64,000 nucleotides of DNA from Planctomycetota bacterium (GTDB lineage Bacteria > Planctomycetota > PLA2 > JAEUHO01), in contig CBDCWP010000026.1 in the NCBI GenBank assembly GCA_965223505.1, forward strand, positions 108,782 through 172,781, given 5' to 3'. Both the position numbers and the translations under genes were made by a program. Shown one piece after another: positions 48,297-59,800 of the stretch. The notes under the pieces were generated by a model. The model did no database searches, was not told the origin of the DNA, and worked only from the letters and a program-made list of their open reading frames with translations. The number at the start of each line of letters is the position of its first letter. Within the stretch, counting starts at the first letter, position 1.

Positions 48297-49244
48297 CTAC
48301 CGCGCGACGCGAATCTCGACGGGCTCGCTCACGATGCGCCCGCCGCCCGTCCGGAGGCTCTTCAGCGCCACGGTCAGGCGCACGACCTCGGCGTCGGCAT
48401 CCGGCTTCAGATCGTGCCGCGCGGACCAGCCTGCGAACGCCACCGAAGACCCGCCGGGGGCGAGCTCACGCGGGTTGTCGTGGTCGACGGGCATGACGAC
48501 GTCGTTCTTGCTCAACCAGCCACCCTCGATCTCGACCTGCGGCTTCCACTCCATCGGTTGCCAGTGCAGCGGCTTCTTCGTGTTGTTGACGCCGCGAACG
48601 TTGATCACCGATCCGATCGACGCTCCGTTTGCTGGCACGTCGCCAAGCACCTCGATCTTCACGTCGAGCGGTCGCTCGAGCGTGAACGGGACGGCATCGC
48701 TGACGATCTGAAACGCCGGGACGTCACGCATGCGTCCGAGGTCGCCGTCGGTGCCGGCAACCGGCTGCCGTCGCCACGCGTAGTGCGCAGTGAGTCGATA
48801 CGCCCCCGGCTTCTGCAGCGCGTACCGGCTCGGATCGCGGGCCCACGAACGAACGTCGAGCTCGCCACCCGCGGAGATCTCCACCACGTCCTCGCGCCAG
48901 TCCGGCTTGTGCGACTTGCAGCGAACGACCTTGCGTTTCGGCGCCTGGGCCCAGGCGCCGTCCGCGGTCTTGCGGTGAACCTCGAACCAGACGTGCGGCT
49001 CGCGCCAGCCCTCGTCCGAACCGTCGCCCGGACGAACGACGCGGTGCGGCCCAAGCGGCGACGTGTTCCTCAGCACGAGCCCGGTCTCGAGGATCTGTCC
49101 CGGCCGGACGACGTCGGGGAAGCGCTTGACGATCACGAGCTCGAGATCGGCGGTGGGCGAGCCGTCCGACTTGCGGTCATCCGCGAGGGACGTCCCGGCG
49201 GCGACCACGGCCAACAGCGCGGCGATCGGCGTGAACATGCGCAT
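48297..49244 (-). CDS. Secreted hypothetical protein (Ig-like beta-sandwich)
   Basis: Signal peptide ...TSLA; LQKPGAYRLTAHY, IVSEPVEIRV. Confidence 0.65.
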   Translation of the reverse strand: MRMFTPIAALLAVVAAGTSLADDRKSDGSPTADLELVIVKRFPDVVRPGQILETGLVLRNTSPLGPHRVVRPGDGSDEGWREPHVWFEVHRKTADGAWAQAPKRKVVRCKSHKPDWREDVVEISAGGELDVRSWARDPSRYALQKPGAYRLTAHYAWRRQPVAGTDGDLGRMRDVPAFQIVSDAVPFTLERPLDVKIEVLGDVPANGASIGSVINVRGVNNTKKPLHWQPMEWKPQVEIEGGWLSKNDVVMPVDHDNPRELAPGGSSVAFAGWSARHDLKPDADAEVVRLTVALKSLRTGGGRIVSEPVEIRVAR

Positions 49245-49445
49245 GCGGTCGCGTCTCCGAAAGGACCTCGGGCGATTGGACACGCTCGTTCCGCGCTCGT
49301 TCTCGCTTCGGGCGCGGGACCGAGACCTTCGTCCGTGGACCGCGTGGGCCTCCGACGTCTGGGCGGAGTTTTCGAGTCCGCTTTCGCGGGGAGGTGGGTT
49401 CGGCATCCCTACCGGACGATGGGTGCCCGGGGATTGGAGCGAACG

Positions 49446-49946
49446 ATGTCGAACACCGACCCGAAGCGGCAGGACGCGCAGGGCCGCACGTTTTGCCTGG
49501 TGCTGGGGGTGTTGCTCGCTCTCTCGCTGATTCTGCCCTGGATCCAGGGCACGCAGTCCTACCTGGGATTCCAGTGGTTCCTGACCGCTCTCACCGGCGG
49601 GGCCGAAGGAGAAGACCGAGGCGCCATGTGGGTCTCGGACGCTCGCGCCACGTTTCCGCCGGTCGTGATGGTGACGCTCGTCGGCGTCGTGCTGTGGATG
49701 GTCGCGGTCGTATCCTGCGCACGCGATCGTGACGGCGCACTCGGCCTCCGCAATCGGGTTCTCTGCATCCTGGGCAGCGTTCTCGCCGTTCCGATGATCA
49801 CGATCATGCTCGACACGCACCGCAAGGGAGAATCGGCGTTCTATGCGGTCGGCTGGTACCTGACGTGCGCGCTCGCGATCGGCTTCCTCGTGCTCGGCAT
49901 CTTTGCGCCGCGCCGACCGGCGCCGACAGCCAGGTCTGCTCGGTAG
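49446..49946 (+). CDS. Integral membrane protein (about 4 TM)
   Basis: GGAG RBS; four hydrophobic segments. Confidence 0.7.
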   Translation: MSNTDPKRQDAQGRTFCLVLGVLLALSLILPWIQGTQSYLGFQWFLTALTGGAEGEDRGAMWVSDARATFPPVVMVTLVGVVLWMVAVVSCARDRDGALGLRNRVLCILGSVLAVPMITIMLDTHRKGESAFYAVGWYLTCALAIGFLVLGIFAPRRPAPTARSAR

Positions 49947-50102
49947 CGCCCGAGACCGATCCGCCGGTGTGCCGCGTCGCGCCCCGGAGGGCGCGATCCC
50001 GTCGGCGCCTTCGCGCGCTGACAGGGAAGAGTATCTGGCCATGAGACATGCGGGCGAGAGCCCGGCCGTGGCGGCTCCGGGCGGCGGGTGCATAATCCGC
50101 CG

Positions 50103-51272
50103 ATGCAGGCAATCGATCTCGTACTGGTCGGGAACCGGCCCGGGGCGCTCCACGCCGCCGCCCGACTCGGACTGAACGTCCTGCTGGTCGACGATCGGAC
50201 GCCCTCAGCGGTCGCGAGGCGGCGCGTCGCCGAGTGGCTGTCCGCGCCGCTCGAACGCGATTCCGTCCCACTGAGCGAATCCGTTCGAGAACACCTCGGC
50301 GATCGCGAGCCGCGCGCCGTCGTCGCCTCGGGGGAACGGGGCGTCCTCGGCGCGGCCGCCCTGCGCACCCTGTACGGACTCGCCGGCGTCACCGATGTCG
50401 TCGCGTCCCGCGCGCGCGACAAACCGACGATGAAGGCCGCGGCGCGGGCGGCCGGCGTTCCATGCACCGACTGGCTGGTGCTCGAGGCGGCGTCCGAGGC
50501 CGACGAGCTCGTCGAAGCGCTGGGCCTGCCCGTCGTCATCAAGCAACGCGCGGGCGTCGGCAGTCGCGAGCTCGTTCGCGCGAGCTCCCGCGCCGAAGTC
50601 CGAGACGCCCTCACGCGTATTCCCGCCGGCGAGCGCAGTGGATGGATGGCCGAGCGGTTCGTCAAAGGGGTGGAGATGAGCGTAGAGAGCTTCCTGCTCG
50701 ACGGACGAACGCTCCTCGTGAATCCCACCGAGTACTACCGGCCGGCTTTCGCGAACATCGCCCCGGCGAGGCTCGACGACGAAGTGCGGGCTGCTGTCGA
50801 GGCGCTCAATGCCGCCGCCCTGGACGCGCTCGACATCCGCGTGGGCATGACGCACCTGGAGCTGTTCCTCACGGAGGACGGTCCGATGTTCGGCGAGGTC
50901 GCCGTGCGGCCGCCGGGGGGGCGCATCATGCGGCTCCTGCGCCGCGCGTACGGCTTCGACCCTTGGGAAGCGCTGATCCGGCTCGAGCTCGGCGAGCAGC
51001 CCCAGCTGCCTGCGCGCGCCGCGAGAGCCGCCGGCGTCTGGATGCTGCACCCCGGCGCCGGCAACGTTCGCTCGGTTCGCGGGCTCGCCGCTGCGCGACG
51101 CATCCGTGGGGTTCGCAAGCTCGTCTGCCGGATTCGAGCGGGCAGCGTCGTCACGCGGCGCGAGAGCACGGGCGCCGACGTCGGCTGGATCGAAGTGACG
51201 GCGCCGAACCGCGATCGCGTGGCGGAACGGCTACAGGCTGCGTACGACCTGGTGCGGATCGAGATGGAATAG
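50103..51272 (+). CDS. ATP-grasp domain protein (L-amino-acid ligase-like)
   Basis: RDKPTMK, LPVVIK...GS, ERFVKGVEMSVE, THLELF, GEVAVRPPGG. Confidence 0.88.
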   Translation: MQAIDLVLVGNRPGALHAAARLGLNVLLVDDRTPSAVARRRVAEWLSAPLERDSVPLSESVREHLGDREPRAVVASGERGVLGAAALRTLYGLAGVTDVVASRARDKPTMKAAARAAGVPCTDWLVLEAASEADELVEALGLPVVIKQRAGVGSRELVRASSRAEVRDALTRIPAGERSGWMAERFVKGVEMSVESFLLDGRTLLVNPTEYYRPAFANIAPARLDDEVRAAVEALNAAALDALDIRVGMTHLELFLTEDGPMFGEVAVRPPGGRIMRLLRRAYGFDPWEALIRLELGEQPQLPARAARAAGVWMLHPGAGNVRSVRGLAAARRIRGVRKLVCRIRAGSVVTRRESTGADVGWIEVTAPNRDRVAERLQAAYDLVRIEME

Positions 51273-51299
51273 AACGCCGCGCCTGCGCAACGACGCCGG

Positions 51300-54200
51300 T
51301 CACTCCGGCAGCCCCCACAGCACCCACGCCGCCCAATAGAACGGGTGCCGCCACTCCTCGTGGCTTCGTACGTGCGACTGCGCTTGCTTCAGCGCCTCCG
51401 CCGCCGCGATGCCGTCGCCCTCCTTGGGGTTCCACAGCTCGTAGAACTTCGACATCAACGCCTGCGTCGCGCGGTCGTCCACCTTCCAGAGCGAACACAA
51501 AACGCGCGGCGCGCCCGCATACATGAACGACCGCGTCAGGCCGAGGATCCCCTCGCCCTTGACGATCTCGCCGGTTGCCGTCTCGCATGCCGAGAGCACC
51601 GCGAGATCCGTCGGGACATTCATCCGAAGCACCTCGCGCGCCGTGAGGAAGCCGTCTTCGTCCTTCGACTTCGAGAGCGCCAGGAACGAGTGCGTCGGGT
51701 GGTCGTCATTCACAATGCCGTGGCAAGCGAGATGCACCGCCCGCCACCGCTTGCTCTTCAGGAGCGTCTGGTAGAGCAACTCCTCGCTGGCCTCGGCGCC
51801 CAGCAAAACGACGTCCCCCACCGCCCGGGCCTCGGGGCCGGTCGCAGGGAGCGGCGTGAGCTCCCTGCCACGAACGTAGATCTCGCGCTCGACCTTCGTG
51901 AGCTCGGTGTACGTGGGGTTGCCGAGCGCCAGCACCTTGCTTCCCCTTGCGCTCGTCTCCTTCTTCAGCAGGACATGCGTGGTGCCGGACGGCGTCAGCG
52001 CGGCTGGTTGGCGAAACAGCGCTCCGAACGGTACGTAACAGAGCGGCCCCTCCGGCGAGACGAGGACGCGTTTGACGTTCTTCTTCAGGCCGAGCGGCTT
52101 CACGAGCAGCTCGCCGAGTCGCGTCAAGGCGGCGGCGGGATCAGACTCTCGTTCCGACGCCCGAAGCGCCGCGCAAGCCGCCGTGACATCCGCGACGTCG
52201 CCCAGCATGGCGATTCGCTCGGTGTCGGGCGTCAGCACCATCGCGAGCGCTTCGCTTCGACAGAGCCCGTAGATGATCAGCGCCTCGCCTCGATGGAGCT
52301 CGTCGCGAATCTCCTCGACCGTAGCGGCGCGCGGGTAGAAAAGATGCCGGGCGTGCCCCTTCAGCTGCCGCTGGTTGCGCGCGGCGACCTCCGCAACTCG
52401 CTTGGACGCCGCCTCGAGCGCCGCCGCGGTCTCTCGAATCGCCGCGAGGTTGCCGCCCTCACTCGCCTTGCGGTGTGCCTGGCGCGCGCGCTCTTCCTCC
52501 GCCGCGGCAAGCGACTCGGCCTGGCGCAGGTGCTCCGGCAGATCCTCCCAACGAAGTGACGTGCGCCCGCCCAACGTCTCGAGCAGCGAACCCGCACGGC
52601 CGCTTTCCAGAAACGTCGCCGCCAGGCCGGGATCGTTTGCACGCGCGGCGGCGAGAGCGCCGATCTCGAACACGTCCGTGTAGCGGCCCCTCGCCGATGC
52701 GCCCTGCTCGTCGTCCAGGCGCCCCAGCAGGTGCTCGATCTCCGACAACGCCTGCTGCGCCTCGCTGAGCGCGAGCTCGACCTCACCCCCATCCAGGTGA
52801 ATTCCTGCGAGCGTACGAAGGCACCAGACGACGAGCGGCCGAATGCGGCGACTGCGCGCTTCGCGCAGCGCCCGTCGAAGCGACGTCAGCCCCTCCTCCC
52901 GCCGCCCCAGCTTCACCTGGATCTCGCCGATCTTGCTCAGCGCGGTGGCGATCTGCGCACGGTCCTTCATCTGCTCGTGCAGCGGCAGTGCGCGCTGAAG
53001 GAACTCGAGGGCCTTCTCGTACTCGCCGCGCTCGGCGTGCACGGCGCCGATGTTCTCGTACACCGTCGCCGTGCCGGGCTTGTCCATGATCTCGTGCTGG
53101 ATGGCCAGCGCGCGGTTCAGATGCGTGAGGGCCTCGTCGTAATCGCCGATCGCCGTGTAGGCGTCCCCGAGATTGGACAGCTGGGTTGCCACGTCGGGCA
53201 TTCGATTCAGCTTCTGGTAGACGCCGAGCGCGCGCTCGATGAACGTGCGGGCGCGTTCGTGATCCCCCAAGTCGCTGTATACGTTCCCCAGGTTGGCATA
53301 GGTCGTGGCCACGCCGACCTCGTCGCCGAGCTCCCGGAACAGGCGCAACGCACTCTCGTGATAGGCCAACGCCTTGGCGTAGTCGCCGAGCGCTTCGTGC
53401 GCGCTGCCGACACTGGCCAGCGCGGCGGCGGCGCCCGGCTTGTGGCGAAGCTCTTTGAACGAGTCCAGCGCGCGGCTGAAGGCGTCGAGCGCCTTGACGT
53501 AGTTGCCGAACACGAGATGGACATTCCCGATGCTGATGAGCGTGGCGGCGACGCCGAACGTATCGCCGAGCTCCTTGGCGAGGTCGAGGGAGCGCTGTTG
53601 GAACGAAAGCGCCGTGACGGGATCGCCGAGCACGCGATGCACCTGGCCGAGCAGGCTCAAGGCGATGGACTGCCCCTCCTTGTTGCCGAGCTGCTCGAAC
53701 AGGAACAGCGCACGCTGCACGTGCGCTTGGGCCCGCGCGAACTCACCCAGCGCCAACCGGGCCTCCCCCATCTCCTTGAGGACCCAGGCCTGCCTGGCCG
53801 TGTTGCCCAGCTCCTTCTCGAGGGCTTCGGCTCGCTCGAGGTGCTTCAGCGCATCGTCGAGCGCGCCGGACGTGCGGTGCAGGTTCGCGAGATCGGCTGC
53901 CGCATCGGCGATGTAGCGCTTGTCGCCCGTCTGCTCGGCAACGACGAGGGCGCGCTGAAAGTACGGAAGCGCCTTCGCGGGCGCGCGAAGTTGCACGTGG
54001 ATCCGCCCGATCCCGGTCAACACCTGTCGTAGATGGACCTTCTCGCCGCCGTCCTCGAGAACCGGCAGCGCCTTCTCCCAAGCCGAGAGGGCGCCGGGAA
54101 TGTCCCCTCGATACGCGGCGCTGATGCCCGCTTCGCGGTACGCGGTCCCGAGCGCCGCGTTCCACCCCAGCGCTTCGGCTCCCGCCGCGGCGGCGAGGAG

Positions 54201-54668
54201 CGCCTTGCTGCTCTCATCGAGCTTGCGCAGTCCGCGCAGCGCATGGCCCCGTGCGATTGCGATGCGGATCCAAACGACGGTGTTCTCGGGCGCGTCTGTC
54301 TCGTCCGCGTGCGCGAGCGCGTCCGCGAAGCGATTGGCCTCGAGTCCAGCCTCGATCTCGGCGAATGCCTTGCGGGCTGAGACATCGTCGGTCAGGCCCT
54401 TGCGCGACTTGACGTACGTGACGAGGCGCGCGGCGTCGTCACCGGCGGCAGCAAAGGCCTCCGCCGCGGCGATCGCGTCCCGTGCACAAAGCACGTCCGC
54501 GACGAGCCACGGGTCCGGGCGGGGTCTCGCCGCAAGGGCTGCGAGCGCTTGCGGATCCTTGGCCTCGACCGCAGCGACGACGCGATCGGCCGCCTCTTGC
54601 TCGGTGAGCGAGACGTCGTCGGCCGCAACGGACGAGCCCATTTCACGGAATCGACGCGTAGGCCGCAA
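51300..54668 (-). CDS. TPR-CHAT (caspase-like HetF) protease
   Basis: Long TPR array; VHLACHG and LSACET dyad; GEGILGLTRSF, HPFYWAAW; start uncertain. Confidence 0.93.
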   Translation of the reverse strand: MRPTRRFREMGSSVAADDVSLTEQEAADRVVAAVEAKDPQALAALAARPRPDPWLVADVLCARDAIAAAEAFAAAGDDAARLVTYVKSRKGLTDDVSARKAFAEIEAGLEANRFADALAHADETDAPENTVVWIRIAIARGHALRGLRKLDESSKALLAAAAGAEALGWNAALGTAYREAGISAAYRGDIPGALSAWEKALPVLEDGGEKVHLRQVLTGIGRIHVQLRAPAKALPYFQRALVVAEQTGDKRYIADAAADLANLHRTSGALDDALKHLERAEALEKELGNTARQAWVLKEMGEARLALGEFARAQAHVQRALFLFEQLGNKEGQSIALSLLGQVHRVLGDPVTALSFQQRSLDLAKELGDTFGVAATLISIGNVHLVFGNYVKALDAFSRALDSFKELRHKPGAAAALASVGSAHEALGDYAKALAYHESALRLFRELGDEVGVATTYANLGNVYSDLGDHERARTFIERALGVYQKLNRMPDVATQLSNLGDAYTAIGDYDEALTHLNRALAIQHEIMDKPGTATVYENIGAVHAERGEYEKALEFLQRALPLHEQMKDRAQIATALSKIGEIQVKLGRREEGLTSLRRALREARSRRIRPLVVWCLRTLAGIHLDGGEVELALSEAQQALSEIEHLLGRLDDEQGASARGRYTDVFEIGALAAARANDPGLAATFLESGRAGSLLETLGGRTSLRWEDLPEHLRQAESLAAAEEERARQAHRKASEGGNLAAIRETAAALEAASKRVAEVAARNQRQLKGHARHLFYPRAATVEEIRDELHRGEALIIYGLCRSEALAMVLTPDTERIAMLGDVADVTAACAALRASERESDPAAALTRLGELLVKPLGLKKNVKRVLVSPEGPLCYVPFGALFRQPAALTPSGTTHVLLKKETSARGSKVLALGNPTYTELTKVEREIYVRGRELTPLPATGPEARAVGDVVLLGAEASEELLYQTLLKSKRWRAVHLACHGIVNDDHPTHSFLALSKSKDEDGFLTAREVLRMNVPTDLAVLSACETATGEIVKGEGILGLTRSFMYAGAPRVLCSLWKVDDRATQALMSKFYELWNPKEGDGIAAAEALKQAQSHVRSHEEWRHPFYWAAWVLWGLPE

Positions 54669-54826
54669 GGGCCGGAAACGACCGCAGAGAGTTCGGACGG
54701 TATTTCAACGACTCGCCGCTCATGCGAGGGCTCTCACCAAGCCCGCGGCTACGACGCGAAGCGGTAGAACCGCATCGACGCAATTCCTATACTCGTTCAA
54801 CTACTCGATGTGACGGGGAGTGTGTC

Positions 54827-56767
54827 GTGAAGAAGATCGCAGCTTGGGCCGCCCTCATTTCCATCTTGGCGTTCGCTCGCTCCACGGCGGCGGACGAGGA
54901 GGATTGGTTCGTCGTCGCGAGCGAAGGAACGGAGCGGCTCGCACCAGAGATCAACGCGCTCGTGCGTACCGGCGGCACCCTCGACGCACTCCTGCCCAAC
55001 GATCTGGCGATCATGCGTCTCACCCCGGAGCAGCGGAAGCGCGCACTGCTCAACCGAGTCGAGGTCGCTCCTGCCGGCGACAGAAGAAGCGAGGCGGATC
55101 CCATCCGCGAGATCATCGTCCTCTACAAGAGCGCGCCGCCGCACACATGGGCGGACTTTCCTGCCGGAACCGACGCGGTCACGAGAAGCGTGGACGGCAA
55201 CTTCGTCGTCTTGCGCGCCGCCAATGGCGTGACGTCCGCGTCGGTGCAAGCGCTCCTCGAGAACGAGGAGGTCCGGTATATCGAGCCGAACTACACGATC
55301 ACACTGCAGCCGCCCGAGCAGGACGAGCAGCCGATCGATGTGACAGAGGCGACGGTGGCGCCGGACGACCCGAAATTCGGCAAGTTGCTCTGGGGCATGC
55401 ACAACATCCAGGCGCCGCGCGCCTGGGCGACGGCGACGGACTCGACGGTCACGGTCGCCGTCATCGACACCGGGGTCGACTACACCCACGAAGATCTCGC
55501 CGCCAACATGTGGACCAATCCGGGCGAGAAGCCCGGCAACGGCTTGGACGACGACAACAACGGCATCGTCGACGATGTGCACGGCGCCGACTTCGTCAAC
55601 AACGACGGTGATCCAATGGACGATCACAGGCACGGCACGCACTGCGCGGGGACCATCGGCGCGGTCGGGAACAACAGCAAAGGCCTCGTCGGCGTCTGCT
55701 GGAAGGTCGAGATCATGGCGTTGAAGTTCTTGAACAGCGCCGGTAGCGGAGACTCGGCGAACGCCGCCAAGTGCATCGACTACGCCCGCAAGCAGGGCGC
55801 GCAGATCCTGAACAACAGCTATCAAGACGGCAACGCCTCGACGGCCTTGAAGGAGGCGATCACACGCGCTCGAAAGGCGAACATCCTGTGTGTCGCCGCC
55901 GCAGGGAACAAGCTGAACAAGTACGACAACTCCCCGAGCTATCCGGCGTCCTTCACGCACCGAAACATCATCTCGGTCGCCGCAATCACCAACACCAACC
56001 GTCTTGCATACTTCAGCAAGCACGGCAAGGAGAGCGTCGACCTCGCCGCGCCGGGCCAGGCGATCAACAGCACGGTGCCTGGGAACCGCTACCGCTTCAT
56101 GAAGGGCACCTCCATGGCGGCGCCTCACGTGGCAGGCGCCGCGGCGCTCGTCTTGGCCCATCGGGCGTACCGGCACCTGTCGCCGCTGCAGGTCAAGAGC
56201 CTGCTGATGCGCTATGCCCGGCGAGAACCCGATTTGACGGGGAAGTGTGTCACGGACGGAACGCTGGACGTCGGGTTCCTGAACCTGCGCAACCCCAAGG
56301 AGCTCGCCACGTCGGTGCAGGCTTCGACCGTGTTCGAGAGGCAGTCCATCACGACCAAGGTGACCAAGCTCGCTTCGCTCACGTTCGAGCTGCTCGAACC
56401 CAAGTTCGTTCAATTCGACGCGGATTCGACCGTCACGTCTTCGTCTGCCCTCCCCGTGCGTGTCAATAGTGGGTTCTCGTTGAACAACGATCTGCGCACG
56501 ATCTACCGACCGTCTCGACGGGAGGCGATTGCGACCAAGGATGTCCCCGTTCGGATCGGGACCTCTCTTGCCGTCCAGCTTCCGGCGGGGCGCTACACCG
56601 TTCGTTGGGTCGTCTGGAGCCTCGGCAGCAAGATCCAACTGAAAACGGGGGCCGGCGCGCTACGGCTCGGGGGCTTCCCGCACTCGGTCGGCGGACGCGT
56701 CGTTCATCCGAGCTCGATACAGAAGTGCACGCTCGGCACCGATGACGCCATCCGGTGCGGCAACTAG
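54827..56767 (+). CDS. Secreted S8 subtilisin-like serine protease
   Basis: GGGGAG RBS + GTG, signal peptide; VIDTG, HGTHCAG, AAAGN, GTSMA. Confidence 0.95.
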   Translation: MKKIAAWAALISILAFARSTAADEEDWFVVASEGTERLAPEINALVRTGGTLDALLPNDLAIMRLTPEQRKRALLNRVEVAPAGDRRSEADPIREIIVLYKSAPPHTWADFPAGTDAVTRSVDGNFVVLRAANGVTSASVQALLENEEVRYIEPNYTITLQPPEQDEQPIDVTEATVAPDDPKFGKLLWGMHNIQAPRAWATATDSTVTVAVIDTGVDYTHEDLAANMWTNPGEKPGNGLDDDNNGIVDDVHGADFVNNDGDPMDDHRHGTHCAGTIGAVGNNSKGLVGVCWKVEIMALKFLNSAGSGDSANAAKCIDYARKQGAQILNNSYQDGNASTALKEAITRARKANILCVAAAGNKLNKYDNSPSYPASFTHRNIISVAAITNTNRLAYFSKHGKESVDLAAPGQAINSTVPGNRYRFMKGTSMAAPHVAGAAALVLAHRAYRHLSPLQVKSLLMRYARREPDLTGKCVTDGTLDVGFLNLRNPKELATSVQASTVFERQSITTKVTKLASLTFELLEPKFVQFDADSTVTSSSALPVRVNSGFSLNNDLRTIYRPSRREAIATKDVPVRIGTSLAVQLPAGRYTVRWVVWSLGSKIQLKTGAGALRLGGFPHSVGGRVVHPSSIQKCTLGTDDAIRCGN

Positions 56768-56868
56768 CCCACTGATGACCGGGTTCTCGAGTGCCCGGGT
56801 CTGACCGCAGGACGCAGCCCGCATGTCCAATGAACCGGCGCTGAAGTCGCGCGGTTCTCGCGCTTCCT

Positions 56869-59800
56869 CTAGCGGAAGAGCTCGTCGAACGCGGGAAGCT
56901 CACGGAGCGACGCGAGATCCGGATCCTTCTCGCGCGCATGCTCGAGATGCCGCTCCAGCCGCTCGCCCGAGTGCTCCGCACGCCGCTGTCGCAAGTCCGC
57001 CGCGAGCCACATCATCGCCCGTTCCGGCTGACCGGCCAACGCGGCCGAACACGCCGCGTTGTAGCGGTTGCCCCGCGCCAGGTCGGTCGCGAGCTCCTCG
57101 TCGGCGAGCGCCTCCGCGTAGTGATCCGCCGAACGCTCGAAGTCCTTCTGCTCGTACAACAGGTAGGCTGCTTCGAGATGCTCACGCGGCGTCTCGGGAC
57201 CGACGGCCAGCGCGACCCTCCCCAGCGCCCCCTGCCAATAGTGATGCTCGTGCGCCCACGCTGCCAGACCGCGGTGAATCGTCTCCGCCTCGCGAAGCAG
57301 CGGCAACGCATCGTCAGCGCGCCCAACCGTCTCGTACATCGTCCCGACGTTGTAGAGCCCGAGCGAGAGCTCGCGCCTACGCGACGGCGTTGGATCGGCG
57401 GCCACGACGTGCCGGTGGATCGGGACGGTCTCCTCGAACAACGCGATCGCTTCGTCGTTCTCGCCCGCGTCTCGGGCCAGCGAAGCGAGGCGTCCGAGCC
57501 CGTACAACAGGTCGCTCCGAAACGCGAGGTTCGACGAATCGGCCCCGACGAGCCGGCGCTTGATCGTCAGTGACTCGGCGTGCCTCGCGCGCGCGTCTTC
57601 CGGTCGGTCGCGCGCCGCCGCGACATCGCCGAGCTGCCCGAGGGTCAATGCGACATCGCGCTGCCAGCTGGTGTTGCGCGGGTCCTTTGCGGTGAGCTCC
57701 TTGGCGACCGCGAGCGCCTCCTCGAACGCCACCTGCGCCTCCGGCAGCATGCTCTTGAGTCGGCACGCCTGGCCGTAGCGATAGAGCGCGGAGTTCAGGT
57801 CTTCCTTCCACTCGGTGTTGTCGCCGTCCTCCGCGACGAGCTCTCGCGCGATGCCGAGCGCCTTTTCGTAGCTTCGAAGCGCGGCATCCGGGTCTCCTGC
57901 GCCCTTCGCAATGTCGCCGAGATGAATGTACGCCTTGCCCACATCGTGCCGCGCTCGTCGATTCGTTCGGTCACGGGCCGCGATGCCCTGCTTGATGGAG
58001 AGCGCCTCCTCGAAGTTCGCCCGCGCACGTTCGTTGTCTCCGGCGCCCTGCGCCATGTTGCCCAACGCCTCGAGGCTGAGCGCGATGTTGCGCTGCACCC
58101 ACATGTCGGTCGGGGTCAGTCGGCCCTGATCGCGATAGAGCGCGAGCGACTCCTCGTAGTGCACGCGTGACGCCTCGGTGTTGCCTTCCTCGTTCAGGCA
58201 GTAGGCGACGCGAAAGAGGCTTGCTGCGAGGTCGGTTCGCGCTTTGGCGTCGTTCGGCACCTCTTCGAACACCTTCCGGCGGATCGCCAGCGATTCGTTG
58301 TAGCGTTCCAGTGCGGCCGTGAGCCCCTCGGCGTGAATCACGACGTCGCCGACGGACTCGACGCTCATGGACAACGAACGCCGAAGCTCCACATTCGTCG
58401 GATCTTCTGCAACCAGCCGACGGCGGATGTCGAGGGACTCTTCGAAGATCGCGCGCGCGGGCGCACGCTCGCCCATGCGCATCAACACCGTCGCGACGCG
58501 GTCGAGACTTCGCGCGAGGTCCTTCGGCGCGAGCTTCCGGCGAAGCTCTACGGAACGCCGGTAGCTCGCAAGCGCCGCAGCCAGGTCGCCGCCCTCCTGT
58601 TCCGCGTCGCCGGCCACGTTGACCGCGAGCGCGAGGTCTTCCTGCAGTCCCTTGTTGTCGGGATCGGTCGCCAGCAGCTCCTCGAGCACGCGCTGCGAGC
58701 TGCGCGCGGCCTCGAGCGCCCCGGCGAGATCACCCGAGTCGACCAACGCTTCCGACAGGTGCGCCAACGCCATCGCGTGCGAGCGGCGCACCTCGGGTGT
58801 CACGCTGCCCTCGGGGAGTCCTTCGTAGTACTCGAGTGACTTGCTGGCGACGGAGCCGAGCAGGTCGAGCCGCCCCATCGGCTTGAGCCCCTCGCGCAGG
58901 TCGGTCAGCATGAACCGCGCCATCTCCTGCGCGCGCCCGCGTTCGTCCTCCGCCAAGCGCCGCTGCTCGGCTTCCCGGGCGCGCGCATCCTCCGCCTCGC
59001 GGCGCTTGCCGTCGAGCAAGAGCGCAACCAAGATGGTCGCCGCCGTCGCCAGGCCCATCCCGACGATCGCAACACGCTTCATCACGCGACGGCGCGCAGT
59101 GCTCTCGCGGTGCTCGATCGCGCCGTCGCGCAGGTTGCGGGCCTCCTCCTGCGTCGCCTCCGCCATGGTTTCGCCGGGGCGAAGCTCGAGCGCGCGCGCG
59201 GCGACCGCGATCGCGTGATCGAGCTGCTTGAGCAGCGCGTCACCTTCCATGCCTACCGCGGCTTCGAGGGCGAGCCCGGCTTCCTTGACGAGTGCGTCGA
59301 CCTCGCGCTCGACGGAGCTCTCGGTCAGCCACCCACGAATCGCCGTCGCGAGCTCGCCGACACTCGCGTAGCGCTCATCGCGCTCCGTCGCAAGCGCCGT
59401 CAGGCAGATGCCGGCGAGTCCCTCCGGAACACCCGGCACCTCGGTGATGCCTCTTCGCACGCCGTCCAGGAACTGAGGATACGTCGTGAACTCGAACGGA
59501 AAACGGCCGGTGAGGATCTTGTGGAGGATCGCGCCCAGGCTGTAGATGTCGGAGCGGTGATCGACGAGCTCCACTTGTCCTAGTGCCGCTTCGGGCGACA
59601 TGAAGCCGGGCGTCCCGAGCGCGCTCGTAAGCGTCTTCAGGCTCGTCTCTTCGCGCAGCGTCTTGAGCCGCGACTGCCAACGGGTGCCCTCGGCGTCGGG
59701 CTGCGACGTCATCTTGGCCAGGCCCCAATCGAGCACGACGACCTCGCCGTACGGCCCCAGCGCCACGTTCGCGGGCTTCAGGTCCCTGTGGATGACACCG

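Noticed and set aside
21867..56638. Long antisense or alternative-frame ORFs (e.g. 21867-23639, 52731-54032, 54797-56638)
   Set aside because: Shadow ORFs of well-supported genes, expected in high-GC DNA.
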